Source: Patescibacteria group bacterium
GTDB taxonomy: Bacteria; Patescibacteriota; Minisyncoccia; Phycocordibacterales; UBA9973
Assembly: GCA_038064635.1 (NCBI GenBank)
Contig: JBBTSS010000001.1
Span: 1 to 62,497 of the forward strand
Length of the DNA: 62,497 bases
Direction of reading: 5' to 3'
Each line of letters opens with the position of its first letter. The first letter of the stretch is position 1. The notes beneath the pieces were generated by a model that was not told where the DNA came from, did no database searches, and was given only the letters and a program-made list of their open reading frames with translations. Below, piece after piece: positions 1-7,202 of the stretch. Both the position numbers and the translations under genes were made by a program.

Positions 1-158
1 ATCTAGCTTTTTTCCAAACATTTTTCAAAACACATAATGCACCTGGAGCTACTCGTTCTATTGAACAAGTAAAAGAAAGACTTGGGTCTAACATCGCTTG
101 GCTTAAAAGAGACAATAAAAACATTGACAAAACTCTCATAAAAATGTTAAATTCTTAA
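1..158 (+). CDS. 3' end of a CDS cut by the window edge; tail resembles the C-terminal domain of M1-family aminopeptidase N
   Basis: Frame 3 is open from the window edge to TAA at 156-158. The tail ...GATRSIEQVKERLGSNIAWLKRDNKNIDKTLIKMLNS resembles the ...ALEQALE..ANIKWVKENKE... end of aminopeptidase N. Confidence 0.35.
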   Translation, partial: LAFFQTFFKTHNAPGATRSIEQVKERLGSNIAWLKRDNKNIDKTLIKMLNS

Positions 159-188
159 TTGAATTTTCACACTTTAAATTTGTTCACC

Positions 189-374
189 ATGACAGCTCTG
201 ACAACGGAAAATTTTCCAAAGATCATTCATTGGAAAACCCCTGGTTATTACCATCACCATGAAACCGGTTGGAAATATTGCGACGACCAAAATCGCACCG
301 ACCAAAACAGCTTGAGAAAATATTTCAAGTCAAAACAACAAGCAACCCGTTTCGGATTAAAGATCAACACATGA
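189..374 (+). CDS. small hypothetical protein (61 aa from the first ATG)
   Basis: ATG at 189 lies inside the 159..374 ORF, whose own first codon is TTG. An intrinsic terminator follows at 405-431. No recognisable domain. Confidence 0.3.
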   Translation: MTALTTENFPKIIHWKTPGYYHHHETGWKYCDDQNRTDQNSLRKYFKSKQQATRFGLKINT

Positions 375-404
375 AAAATCAAACTGTTATTAAGCTTTTT
401 AAGT

Positions 405-431
405 CCCCGCTATCAAATGCGGGGCATTTTT
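405..431 (+). terminator. intrinsic terminator
   Basis: CCCCGC (405-410) pairs with GCGGGG (419-424), followed by a T-run at 427-431. Confidence 0.6.
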
Positions 432-497
432 ATTTACATATCTTCAATAATAAAACTATTTATATCTTTAACTTAATAAAGTTTTCCACCTCCGACT

Positions 498-541
498 AGC
501 TACTTTACTTGACTAAAGTACTTTACTTTGCTAAAGTAGCT
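498..541. promoter_or_regulatory. nested palindromes overlapping the predicted -10 of the YerC/TrpR-like gene; candidate operator
   Basis: AGCTACTTTA (498-507) is the inverse of TAAAGTAGCT (532-541). A perfect 12-bp palindrome TAAAGTACTTTA lies at 514-525. TGcTAAAGT (529-537) looks like an extended -10, 6 nt before the ATG at 544. Confidence 0.4.
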
Positions 542-543
542 GT

Positions 544-972
544 ATGAGCAAAGGAATGAATAAAAATACAAGAGTTGATGTAGCTGTATCGATTGGCACA
601 AATATCAACTGGCAAAATAGAGAAAATCAGCAACTCATAGATGCTCTACTTGCACTCAAAAATTCTAAAGAAGCAGAAGCTTTCTTGCGTGATCTTATGA
701 CGACTGGTGAGATAGAAGAGTTCGGAAAAAGGCTAGAAGCTGCCCGACTACTTTCTAAGGATATACAATACAATACCATCATTGAAAGCACTGGCCTCTC
801 CTCTACCACTATCGCACGTATATCCAAATGGCTCAAAGGCTCACTGGGTGGCTATCGTCTTATCCTTGCAAGGTTATCAGCCCCTCGCAACAATTCGGGA
901 CAAATTTTAAATAAAAATTTACATCATCGCAATTCCACCAAACTTGGGAAAGGATTGTCTTTGAGCTCGTAA
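544..972 (+). CDS. TrpR-like protein of the YerC/YecD family, with a C-terminal extension
   Basis: LIDALLALKNSKEAEAFLRDLMTTGEIEEFGKRLEAARLL...TIIESTGLSSTTIARISKWLKGSLGGYRLILARL matches the YerC/TrpR helix-turn-helix core. Confidence 0.8.
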   Translation: MSKGMNKNTRVDVAVSIGTNINWQNRENQQLIDALLALKNSKEAEAFLRDLMTTGEIEEFGKRLEAARLLSKDIQYNTIIESTGLSSTTIARISKWLKGSLGGYRLILARLSAPRNNSGQILNKNLHHRNSTKLGKGLSLSS

Positions 973-991
973 TTTACTACACCTCGAAACC

Positions 992-1021
992 AACCCCTTC
1001 TCAAATTTGAGAAGGGGTTTT
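992..1021 (+). terminator. intrinsic terminator
   Basis: AACCCCTTCTC pairs with GAGAAGGGGTT, followed by a T-run. Confidence 0.7.
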
Positions 1022-1023
1022 AG

Positions 1024-1206
1024 ATGTCTAAAACTTTAAATTTGTTCTTTAAAAACATGAAGATATTCTCTGCAATCTTTCTATTTACCTTTTTTTCTTG
1101 CGTTAATCCAACAATAGATAAAAAAGAAACAGAACAGGCAATCCAAAAAGATAGTGTTAGTAACATCGGTCTTTACGACAACCCCTTTGAACGTTCTCCT
1201 CATTAA
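1024..1206 (+). CDS. small putative lipoprotein
   Basis: Hydrophobic N-terminus ending in the lipobox-like FFSC. A terminator follows at 1278-1308. Confidence 0.35.
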   Translation: MSKTLNLFFKNMKIFSAIFLFTFFSCVNPTIDKKETEQAIQKDSVSNIGLYDNPFERSPH

Positions 1207-1277
1207 TTAAAAACACTCACATGAAAAACAATTCAGGTTGTTCATTGGGTGGGGCGGGTCCTCACATTTAAATTCAA

Positions 1278-1308
1278 GGAGCCGGTCACACTGGTCGGCT
1301 CCTTTTTT
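1278..1308 (+). terminator. intrinsic terminator
   Basis: GGAGCCG pairs with CGGCTCC, followed by TTTTTT. Confidence 0.7.
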
Positions 1309-1336
1309 ATTTTCACTTCTTAAAATTTCTTTAAAA

Positions 1337-2092
1337 ATGCTTAGACAAACAATCAATGTCCTTAAAACTCTTAGAGAGTTAAATGGCTATTTGCTTCACG
1401 AAAAAAAGGTCCATGATTGGGTAGGTCTTTATTTAGATAATTGCATGTTACATGCAAATCCTGTAACGATTCTTACTCCATGGTCTTTGTCACCCAGATT
1501 AGAAGAAAGATACAAAACTCAAAATTACAAATTTAGTCCATCACAAAATGAATTAAAACTTTTCACAAAAGAAATACCCTATATCTGTAACAGATTTACA
1601 GAAAACGGCTTTATTTTTGAATGGTGGATATATATAGCACCGTCTTCTTTGGATAGTACGAGGTTAGATATTCAAATAGAAAAAGAATATCAACAAATGC
1701 TACTTGACTTAGCGTGGTCTACAAATCTTCCTGTTGGTATAGTACATCTAGAAACGGATGTTCTAGAAAAACGTCAATATCCAAATATAATTTTGCAGAG
1801 AAATTTTAATGAATTAGTTGATAATAAATCATTAGAGTCTGAAATTCAAAGAAGGACAGCAAAATGGAAAAATCTAAGTCTTGAAACTTTAAAAGAAGAG
1901 ACTATTTACAAAATATGTTGCGAGGCTGAAGAAGGGAGGATTTTAATGGAAGAAAATCCATTTGGAAAACCAGGTGAATTTCTTTTCTTATCATTAAACA
2001 CCTCAGACAAGTTAAACTTTTTTTCTACTCTCGTTCCTGAGTTTGAAAAAAGAATAGTGTCGGTATTAAAAAAATACCCTTGGAGGCTTTAA
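1337..2092 (+). CDS. hypothetical protein (about 251 aa)
   Basis: Long ORF. The start is moved to the ATG at 1337 because the upstream part of ORF 1238..2092 runs through the 1278-1308 terminator. No domain recognised. Confidence 0.6.
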   Translation: MLRQTINVLKTLRELNGYLLHEKKVHDWVGLYLDNCMLHANPVTILTPWSLSPRLEERYKTQNYKFSPSQNELKLFTKEIPYICNRFTENGFIFEWWIYIAPSSLDSTRLDIQIEKEYQQMLLDLAWSTNLPVGIVHLETDVLEKRQYPNIILQRNFNELVDNKSLESEIQRRTAKWKNLSLETLKEETIYKICCEAEEGRILMEENPFGKPGEFLFLSLNTSDKLNFFSTLVPEFEKRIVSVLKKYPWRL

Positions 2093-2140
2093 TCCAGAAA
2101 AATAAATCGGCACCACTTAATAAAAGAAGGTGCCGATTTT

Positions 2141-2482
2141 TTATTTTACCTCATTTATTTTAGCAGCTACAATATAGTCATTTTCCGAAAGACCACCAAT
2201 TGAATGCGTCCAAAGAGTCACAGTAACCTTATTCCAATCATGAAGAAAAATATCAGGATGATGTCCTTCGAGCTCTGCTATATCCCCTACTCTATTTACA
2301 AATTCTAGTGCCTCTACAAAATCTTTAAATTCAAATTCCCTTGAGATTTTTTGCGGAAGTCCTTCTTCCGCAAGAGTCCAACCTTTCACATCTACCATGT
2401 ATTCTTCTGCTCTTTCACGGTCAAAAGCTTTCATTCCTTTTTTCTCACACGGTATACATTTCTTTTTAGTTAAATCACTCAT
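2141..2482 (-). CDS. phhB: pterin-4-alpha-carbinolamine dehydratase
   Basis: EGHHPDIFLHDWNKVTVTLWTHSIGGLSENDY is the PCD/DCoH signature. A TATAAT box lies 6 nt upstream of the ATG. Confidence 0.9.
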   Translation of the reverse strand: MSDLTKKKCIPCEKKGMKAFDRERAEEYMVDVKGWTLAEEGLPQKISREFEFKDFVEALEFVNRVGDIAELEGHHPDIFLHDWNKVTVTLWTHSIGGLSENDYIVAAKINEVK

Positions 2483-2500
2483 GTTCGTATTATAAGTTTC

Positions 2501-3259
2501 TTATTTCCAATTGTCTATTGCATTTTTTATCTGATCCAAAGAATCAATAATAAAAAGTTTTTGATGAAATTCATGGGCACTATTTGAAGTATTCTTCATC
2601 TCATCTACATTAAATGGTACGAGTTCTACTTTACCACTAAAAGCATTATTCCTCTCACCTATCGAGGACATAAGTCCTGCACCAAATGCTTTCAATTCTC
2701 CTGTTGTTTTGTCTTTCATAAGACCAAATTCAAAAGTATACCACCAGAAATTTGATAATTGCTGTTTTTCTTCTTCAGTTTTTAATTCTTGGTAAATAAC
2801 ACCAAATTGATGAGCTATATCCATGTACTCCTTAGAGCAAAGAAACGGAAGATGCCCAAATATATCATGAAATGCTTCAGGAAAAGGTGTGTAGTCAAGG
2901 TTTTCTCTACTTCGTATCACCTTAGTTACCAAAAAAGATTTATTTTCAAAATGTTTAAACCAATCATCAGCATTGCTGTATTCTGTGTCTGTTGGAGTCA
3001 GTACCCAGCCGACTTTCTCTTGAATTACCTTCTCTAAATCATTTAACTTTGGTACAGCCCGGTCATCCATGTTTAATTCTTTTATCCCTTCTAGAAAAAG
3101 TGGGTGAGCATTTTTCTCTAATTCTCGAATGTTTCTAGAAAAAAGTAAGTTCCATACTTCATGAGCTTCATCATTGCCTTCTATCGGTACATTAAAGTAT
3201 CCTTTTGTTACTTCATCTAAATTTTTTATATTTGTATCATTTTTTATGTTGTTAGACAT
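2501..3259 (-). CDS. phhA: phenylalanine-4-hydroxylase (biopterin-dependent aromatic amino acid hydroxylase)
   Basis: Iron-ligand region HDIFGHLPFL, plus EFGL and FGAGLMSSIGE motifs. Adjacent to the pterin dehydratase gene. Confidence 0.85.
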   Translation of the reverse strand: MSNNIKNDTNIKNLDEVTKGYFNVPIEGNDEAHEVWNLLFSRNIRELEKNAHPLFLEGIKELNMDDRAVPKLNDLEKVIQEKVGWVLTPTDTEYSNADDWFKHFENKSFLVTKVIRSRENLDYTPFPEAFHDIFGHLPFLCSKEYMDIAHQFGVIYQELKTEEEKQQLSNFWWYTFEFGLMKDKTTGELKAFGAGLMSSIGERNNAFSGKVELVPFNVDEMKNTSNSAHEFHQKLFIIDSLDQIKNAIDNWK

Positions 3260-3302
3260 ATAATTATTTTTTAAAATTCTTTTAATAATTTAAATAAAAA
3301 TT

Positions 3303-3327
3303 AAAAACCGCCCAGCGGGCGGTTTTT
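3303..3327 (-). terminator. intrinsic terminator downstream of the EamA-family gene
   Basis: CCGCCC-AGC-GGGCGG hairpin flanked by A and T runs. Confidence 0.7.
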
Positions 3328-3448
3328 GTAATAGATTAAATCAAAATACAAAATTACCGTCCCACTGGGCGGATATAATAGTTTGATGTATTTTTGATAA
3401 TATTTTTCACTTAAATAGTGTATCAAATAAATGGTAAAAAGCAACAGG

Positions 3449-4390
3449 CTATACTGGTAAGTTCTCTACTTCTTGCTCTTGTCGGAGGCGTATAATTTTA
3501 TAAATACTAAATACTAATAAAAATGCAGCAAACCATTGAGACATGGAAAGACTTGTATTATACAATTGCATATCGATAAATATAGCCACAAAAGGAAAAG
3601 TAAGTTCAAGTATAGTAGACACGTGCACTGGAGTAGTAGAAAGACCTTTGTAATATATGAGGAGTGCTACCATGCCCGTAGAAACGGCAATTAAAGAGAA
3701 GTATCCAAATTGTGGTAAGGTAACATCCCCAATAGACCCACCATAACCAAACAAAAGTAAAACTGGGAAAGCTAAGAGAATGGTAAATAAAAATCTATAA
3801 AAAGTACTCACATCCGAACGTACTTTTCCTAAAAGCATTTTTGAAAATGTAGTCGAAGTGCCCCAAGCAAAAGCAGCTCCTAAAGCATAGATAGCAGCGA
3901 TAATAGTACCTTGGCCTGTTTTTAAATCAACAATACCATTTTTAAATGTCACAAAAAATGCTGCAATAATTGCAAGTACTGCCCATACTATATATCTTTT
4001 GTCTATTTTTTCTTTCAGAAAAATTCTAGCTGAACTGATAGCAAATATAGGTTGAAGTTTCTGTAATAAAAATACCACTGAAAAAGAAATAAAATTAACT
4101 TTTAGAAGTGCTGTCGTAAACCACAAAGTACCTAAAACACCACTTAAAATAGAAATGAGAAGTAAAAGCATCCATTCACGTTTTGTTAAATTTGTTTTGA
4201 AAATATACTTAAAAACAAAAGGAAATAAAATAACAAGTCCAAATAAATGCTCAAAAAATATGATAGTGATAGGTGGTAGAGAATATAAATACCTACGTAT
4301 CACACCATCGACTGCCCATAAAAGTGCTGCGATGACTATAAGCAGTGGGCCTGTATAAGATTTTAGAGCTAAAGATTTATCTTCTTGCAT
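3449..4390 (-). CDS. EamA/DMT-family transporter
   Basis: About 10 predicted TM segments with the duplicated EamA-like architecture. Confidence 0.75.
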   Translation of the reverse strand: MQEDKSLALKSYTGPLLIVIAALLWAVDGVIRRYLYSLPPITIIFFEHLFGLVILFPFVFKYIFKTNLTKREWMLLLLISILSGVLGTLWFTTALLKVNFISFSVVFLLQKLQPIFAISSARIFLKEKIDKRYIVWAVLAIIAAFFVTFKNGIVDLKTGQGTIIAAIYALGAAFAWGTSTTFSKMLLGKVRSDVSTFYRFLFTILLAFPVLLLFGYGGSIGDVTLPQFGYFSLIAVSTGMVALLIYYKGLSTTPVHVSTILELTFPFVAIFIDMQLYNTSLSMSQWFAAFLLVFSIYKIIRLRQEQEVENLPV

Positions 4391-4740
4391 ATTTCTATAT
4401 CTTTTGTTATTTGAGTAATCAATTCTTTTTCTGTTTTAAAATTCTTATATTTTCTTAAAAATTTTAAAATTTCTATTTGCACATATTTACCATATGCATT
4501 TCCATTATACCCTATCAAGTGAGCTTCAATTTTTGGTAAACCTTTTTTATCTAATGGTCCGATGACTACTCCAGATTTATATTTTTTGTTTTCTAAAGTA
4601 ACTATTCCAGAATAAATACCAAAATCAGGTTTCTTTTCTAATTTCAAGAAATTTCTTCTATCTAAATTTATCGTAGGGAAACCAATTTTTTTACCATAAT
4701 TATCTCCGTGAATTACTTTTCCAGAAAGAATATAAGACAT
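4369..4740 (-). CDS. riboflavin kinase (stand-alone RibF C-terminal domain type)
   Basis: GKVIHGDNYGKKIGFPTINL and IEAHLIGYNGNAYG motifs. The ATG overlaps the aspS stop (TAATG). Confidence 0.75.
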   Translation of the reverse strand: MSYILSGKVIHGDNYGKKIGFPTINLDRRNFLKLEKKPDFGIYSGIVTLENKKYKSGVVIGPLDKKGLPKIEAHLIGYNGNAYGKYVQIEILKFLRKYKNFKTEKELITQITKDIEICKKINL

Positions 4741-6089
4741 TAGAAACCATCTTCATTTAATCTGTCATCAATTCTGTTCATGTCTCTAGGGAACATACAA
4801 GCTTCCCGAATGTTTTTAAGGTTAAGCAACTGCATGGTTATTCTCTCAGCTCCAAAAGCAAATCCTCCTTCAGGTGGTACTCCATATTTAAAAGCTTCTA
4901 AGAACATTTTTACTTTATCTGGGTTCATGTTCCAGATCTTGACGTGTTCCATCAGTTGCTTATGATCATTTATTCTTCTACCACCAGAGAGCCACTCTAC
5001 GCCCCGACAGATAAGATCCATACCTTCGTTATATTCTGGTTCTGCTGGGTTAGGATATACGTAAAAAGGTTTCTGTCGAGTTGGATATCCGTAAATAAAT
5101 ACAAAATCAGAACCTGTTTCTTCTTTTATTATTTCACAAATTTCTCTTTCGTCTTGAGGATTGGTATCTTTGTCTCCACGTACATCACGACCAAATTTTT
5201 CAAATATTTTCTGTTGAACTTCACGAAGTGAAAGAGTTGGAGTCTTATCAATCATTGTAGGTAATATTACTCCTAAAGTTTTTAAATGTTCAGAATTTTT
5301 TGTTTCAACCTGTTTTAAGATATGTCTTACTGTTTCTTCTGCCATGTCTCGCACATCTGTCCATGAATCAATGAAACCCATTTCAGCGTCTAGTGACACA
5401 ACCTCAGTGAGATGTCTTGTAGTAGAAGAAGGCTCAGCTCGAAAAACTTTGTTTACAGAAAAACATCTCTCAAATGCTGACATCACTATTTGCTTGTAAA
5501 GCTGAGGTGATTGTGAAAGAAATGCTTTTTTATCAAAATAATTTAATTGAAAAACCTCAGCACCACCTTCTGCTGTGGCTGGAACGATACTTGGTGCTTG
5601 AAATTCAAAAAACATATTCTGCTTCATGAATTCTCGAAATGAATCTATTACTGTTTCTTGAACTTTGAAAACTGCTTGTACTTTTTGTTGTCTAAAAACT
5701 AAAGCTCTATTATCAAGTTCTGTTGTAAGTTCTAAATTATATCCATCCAAAGACATATCAAAAGGTAAAGCTGCAGCTTCAGAAAGCACTTCGATATTTA
5801 AAATCTCCAACTCAATATCTCCATTTAGAACTCCTGTCTTTATGTTTTTTTCTGGACGCTTATTTACCAAACCTGTAATTTTTAAAACCCACTCAAGTCG
5901 TACGTCTTTTGCTTGAGCAATAGCTTCTTCATGATTAGGTAATGTTATACATTGAACTATCCCAGTCATGTCACGCATATCAAAAAAAACCATTTTACCT
6001 TGGTCGCGTCGAACATTTACCCATCCAGCAATAATAACCTCCTCCCCAACACGAGAACTTAAATCTTTTATAAAAATTCTATTTTTCAT
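4740..6089 (-). CDS. aspS: aspartate--tRNA ligase, archaeal/short type
   Basis: Class II motifs FRAEPSSTTRHLTE and GGFAFGAERITM. The length is about 449 aa. Confidence 0.9.
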   Translation of the reverse strand: MKNRIFIKDLSSRVGEEVIIAGWVNVRRDQGKMVFFDMRDMTGIVQCITLPNHEEAIAQAKDVRLEWVLKITGLVNKRPEKNIKTGVLNGDIELEILNIEVLSEAAALPFDMSLDGYNLELTTELDNRALVFRQQKVQAVFKVQETVIDSFREFMKQNMFFEFQAPSIVPATAEGGAEVFQLNYFDKKAFLSQSPQLYKQIVMSAFERCFSVNKVFRAEPSSTTRHLTEVVSLDAEMGFIDSWTDVRDMAEETVRHILKQVETKNSEHLKTLGVILPTMIDKTPTLSLREVQQKIFEKFGRDVRGDKDTNPQDEREICEIIKEETGSDFVFIYGYPTRQKPFYVYPNPAEPEYNEGMDLICRGVEWLSGGRRINDHKQLMEHVKIWNMNPDKVKMFLEAFKYGVPPEGGFAFGAERITMQLLNLKNIREACMFPRDMNRIDDRLNEDGF

Positions 6090-6099
6090 ACAAATATTT

Positions 6100-6300
6100 T
6101 TATGGAGAAAACAAAAATCGCCTCTCCAAACTTATCTAATTGATAAATTTGCAGGGGCGATTTTTCTTATAAAAACCACGGTGCCACCCTACTTTCTCGC
6201 CCGTCCGTAGCCTTTCGGCGAAGGAGGGTTACTCTTTGAAAACCTAGCCTCCCCAGTTGTCAGTTGGATCAAAAGCTATAAATGCATAATATCATAGCTA
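6100..6300 (-). promoter_or_regulatory. T-box leader with terminator hairpin upstream of aspS
   Basis: The minus strand reads AGUAGGGUGGCACCGUGG (6176-6192), close to the T-box consensus GGGUGGUACCGCG. A hairpin at 6117-6161 plus a U-run follows, ending about 20 nt before the aspS ATG. Confidence 0.6.
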
Positions 6301-6307
6301 CATAAAA

Positions 6308-6345
6308 AAACAAACCGATAGAGGGCATAGCCATATCGGTTTTTG
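6308..6345 (-). terminator. intrinsic terminator
   Basis: AACCGATA pairs with TATCGGTT, with a U-run on the minus strand. Confidence 0.6.
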
Positions 6346-6350
6346 ATTAA

Positions 6351-6590
6351 TTAAATTTGTTTAATTGCTCCACAAGACACAAGCCTTCCCAGAACATCAA
6401 ACGACTCTTTTCTGTCCCCGGATTTAAAGTTAAAAGTAACTCCATTGTCTGAGGCTTTGTTATCTGGAGTTTGTTTAGTAAAACAAGTAAAGACTTCTCC
6501 TTTTGGAGCAAGAGTTATCCGTACTCGTTCATAACCTCGAAAATCATACATGAAAATCTCAGTTCGTGCTTTAAATTTTGTAAGTGGCAT
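6351..6590 (-). CDS. hypothetical small protein (79 aa)
   Basis: ORF bracketed by terminators at 6308-6345 and 6632-6662. No domain recognised. Confidence 0.5.
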   Translation of the reverse strand: MPLTKFKARTEIFMYDFRGYERVRITLAPKGEVFTCFTKQTPDNKASDNGVTFNFKSGDRKESFDVLGRLVSCGAIKQI

Positions 6591-6631
6591 TTTATTTATT
6601 TTTTAAAATGAACAAAACCTTTTCCAAATAG

Positions 6632-6662
6632 AAAAGACCGATACTTTTGCATCGGTCTTTTA
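6632..6662 (-). terminator. intrinsic terminator (symmetric, may act in both directions)
   Basis: AGACCGAT pairs with ATCGGTCT, flanked by A and T runs. Confidence 0.7.
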
Positions 6663-6811
6663 ATTCCTTTATTTTTTAAAATAGTGAAAAGAAATCAACA
6701 AATCGGTGCAAAAACTTTATTTGCACCCCACCAAAAAAATCCAACACCCCTCTTCTGAAGAGCCTCGTTCAAATTTCGTATCTTGTCTAACTTTATTGTT
6801 TTGTTTTTTCT

Positions 6812-6841
6812 TGTTATCATGTACTAGTACATGATAACAAT
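6812..6841. repeat. perfect 30-bp palindrome
   Basis: TTGTTATCATGTACT is followed directly by its exact reverse complement AGTACATGATAACAA. The centre is GTACTAGTAC. Confidence 0.95.
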
Positions 6842-6906
6842 ATAAAAATAATATGCAAGTTCAAATGCTTAAATAAATGTGGATAAATCTGATAAGACTG
6901 ATAAAA

Positions 6907-7200
6907 CTAAAAACCCATTTTCTTTAAAATTAAAGCAAAACCACCATTTTTATTCCTCAATTCTCTAGCTCCTCTATTTACTGTGCTTATTCCCACGCCA
7001 AGTTCCCCTGCTATGGCTCTGTGTGTTTCTTTTTTATTTAATCTTTTTATTATCTGCCATCTAATAGCAGCCTCTTCAAGCTCTGCTGGAGTCATAATAT
7101 CAACCAAAAACTCACCCATAAGTTCTTTATTTGTACTTGCTTTCAAGAAAGCATCTAGAATTTCTTTTTTGTATTCTTTAAGTTTTTCTTTTTTCTTCAT
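6907..7200 (-). CDS. TrpR-like protein of the YerC/YecD family
   Basis: FLVDIMTPAELEEAAIRWQIIKRL...IAGELGVGISTVNRGARELRNKNGGFALILKKM. It starts 2 nt after the trpS stop. Confidence 0.8.
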   Translation of the reverse strand: MKKKEKLKEYKKEILDAFLKASTNKELMGEFLVDIMTPAELEEAAIRWQIIKRLNKKETHRAIAGELGVGISTVNRGARELRNKNGGFALILKKMGF

Positions 7201-7202
7201 GT

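Noticed and set aside
1238-1336. N-terminal 33 codons of ORF 1238..2092
   Set aside because: This stretch runs through a strong intrinsic terminator (1278-1308) belonging to the upstream gene. The ATG at 1337 is the more plausible start.
6812-6841. The 30-bp palindrome as a Xer/dif recombination site
   Set aside because: dif sites are imperfect palindromes with 11-nt arms around a 6-nt spacer, and the conserved XerD arm (TTATGTTAAAT-like) is not present. The idea remains only as a low-probability alternative in the finding.
6879-6887. Perfect DnaA-box 9-mers (TGTGGATAA at 6879-6887 and 57190-57198; one-mismatch CTATCCACA at 8290-8298) as a possible oriC
   Set aside because: These are isolated single boxes many kb apart. 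One is simply the loop and stem of a terminator hairpin. There is no cluster, no adjacent dnaA/dnaN and no obvious DNA-unwinding-element arrangement.
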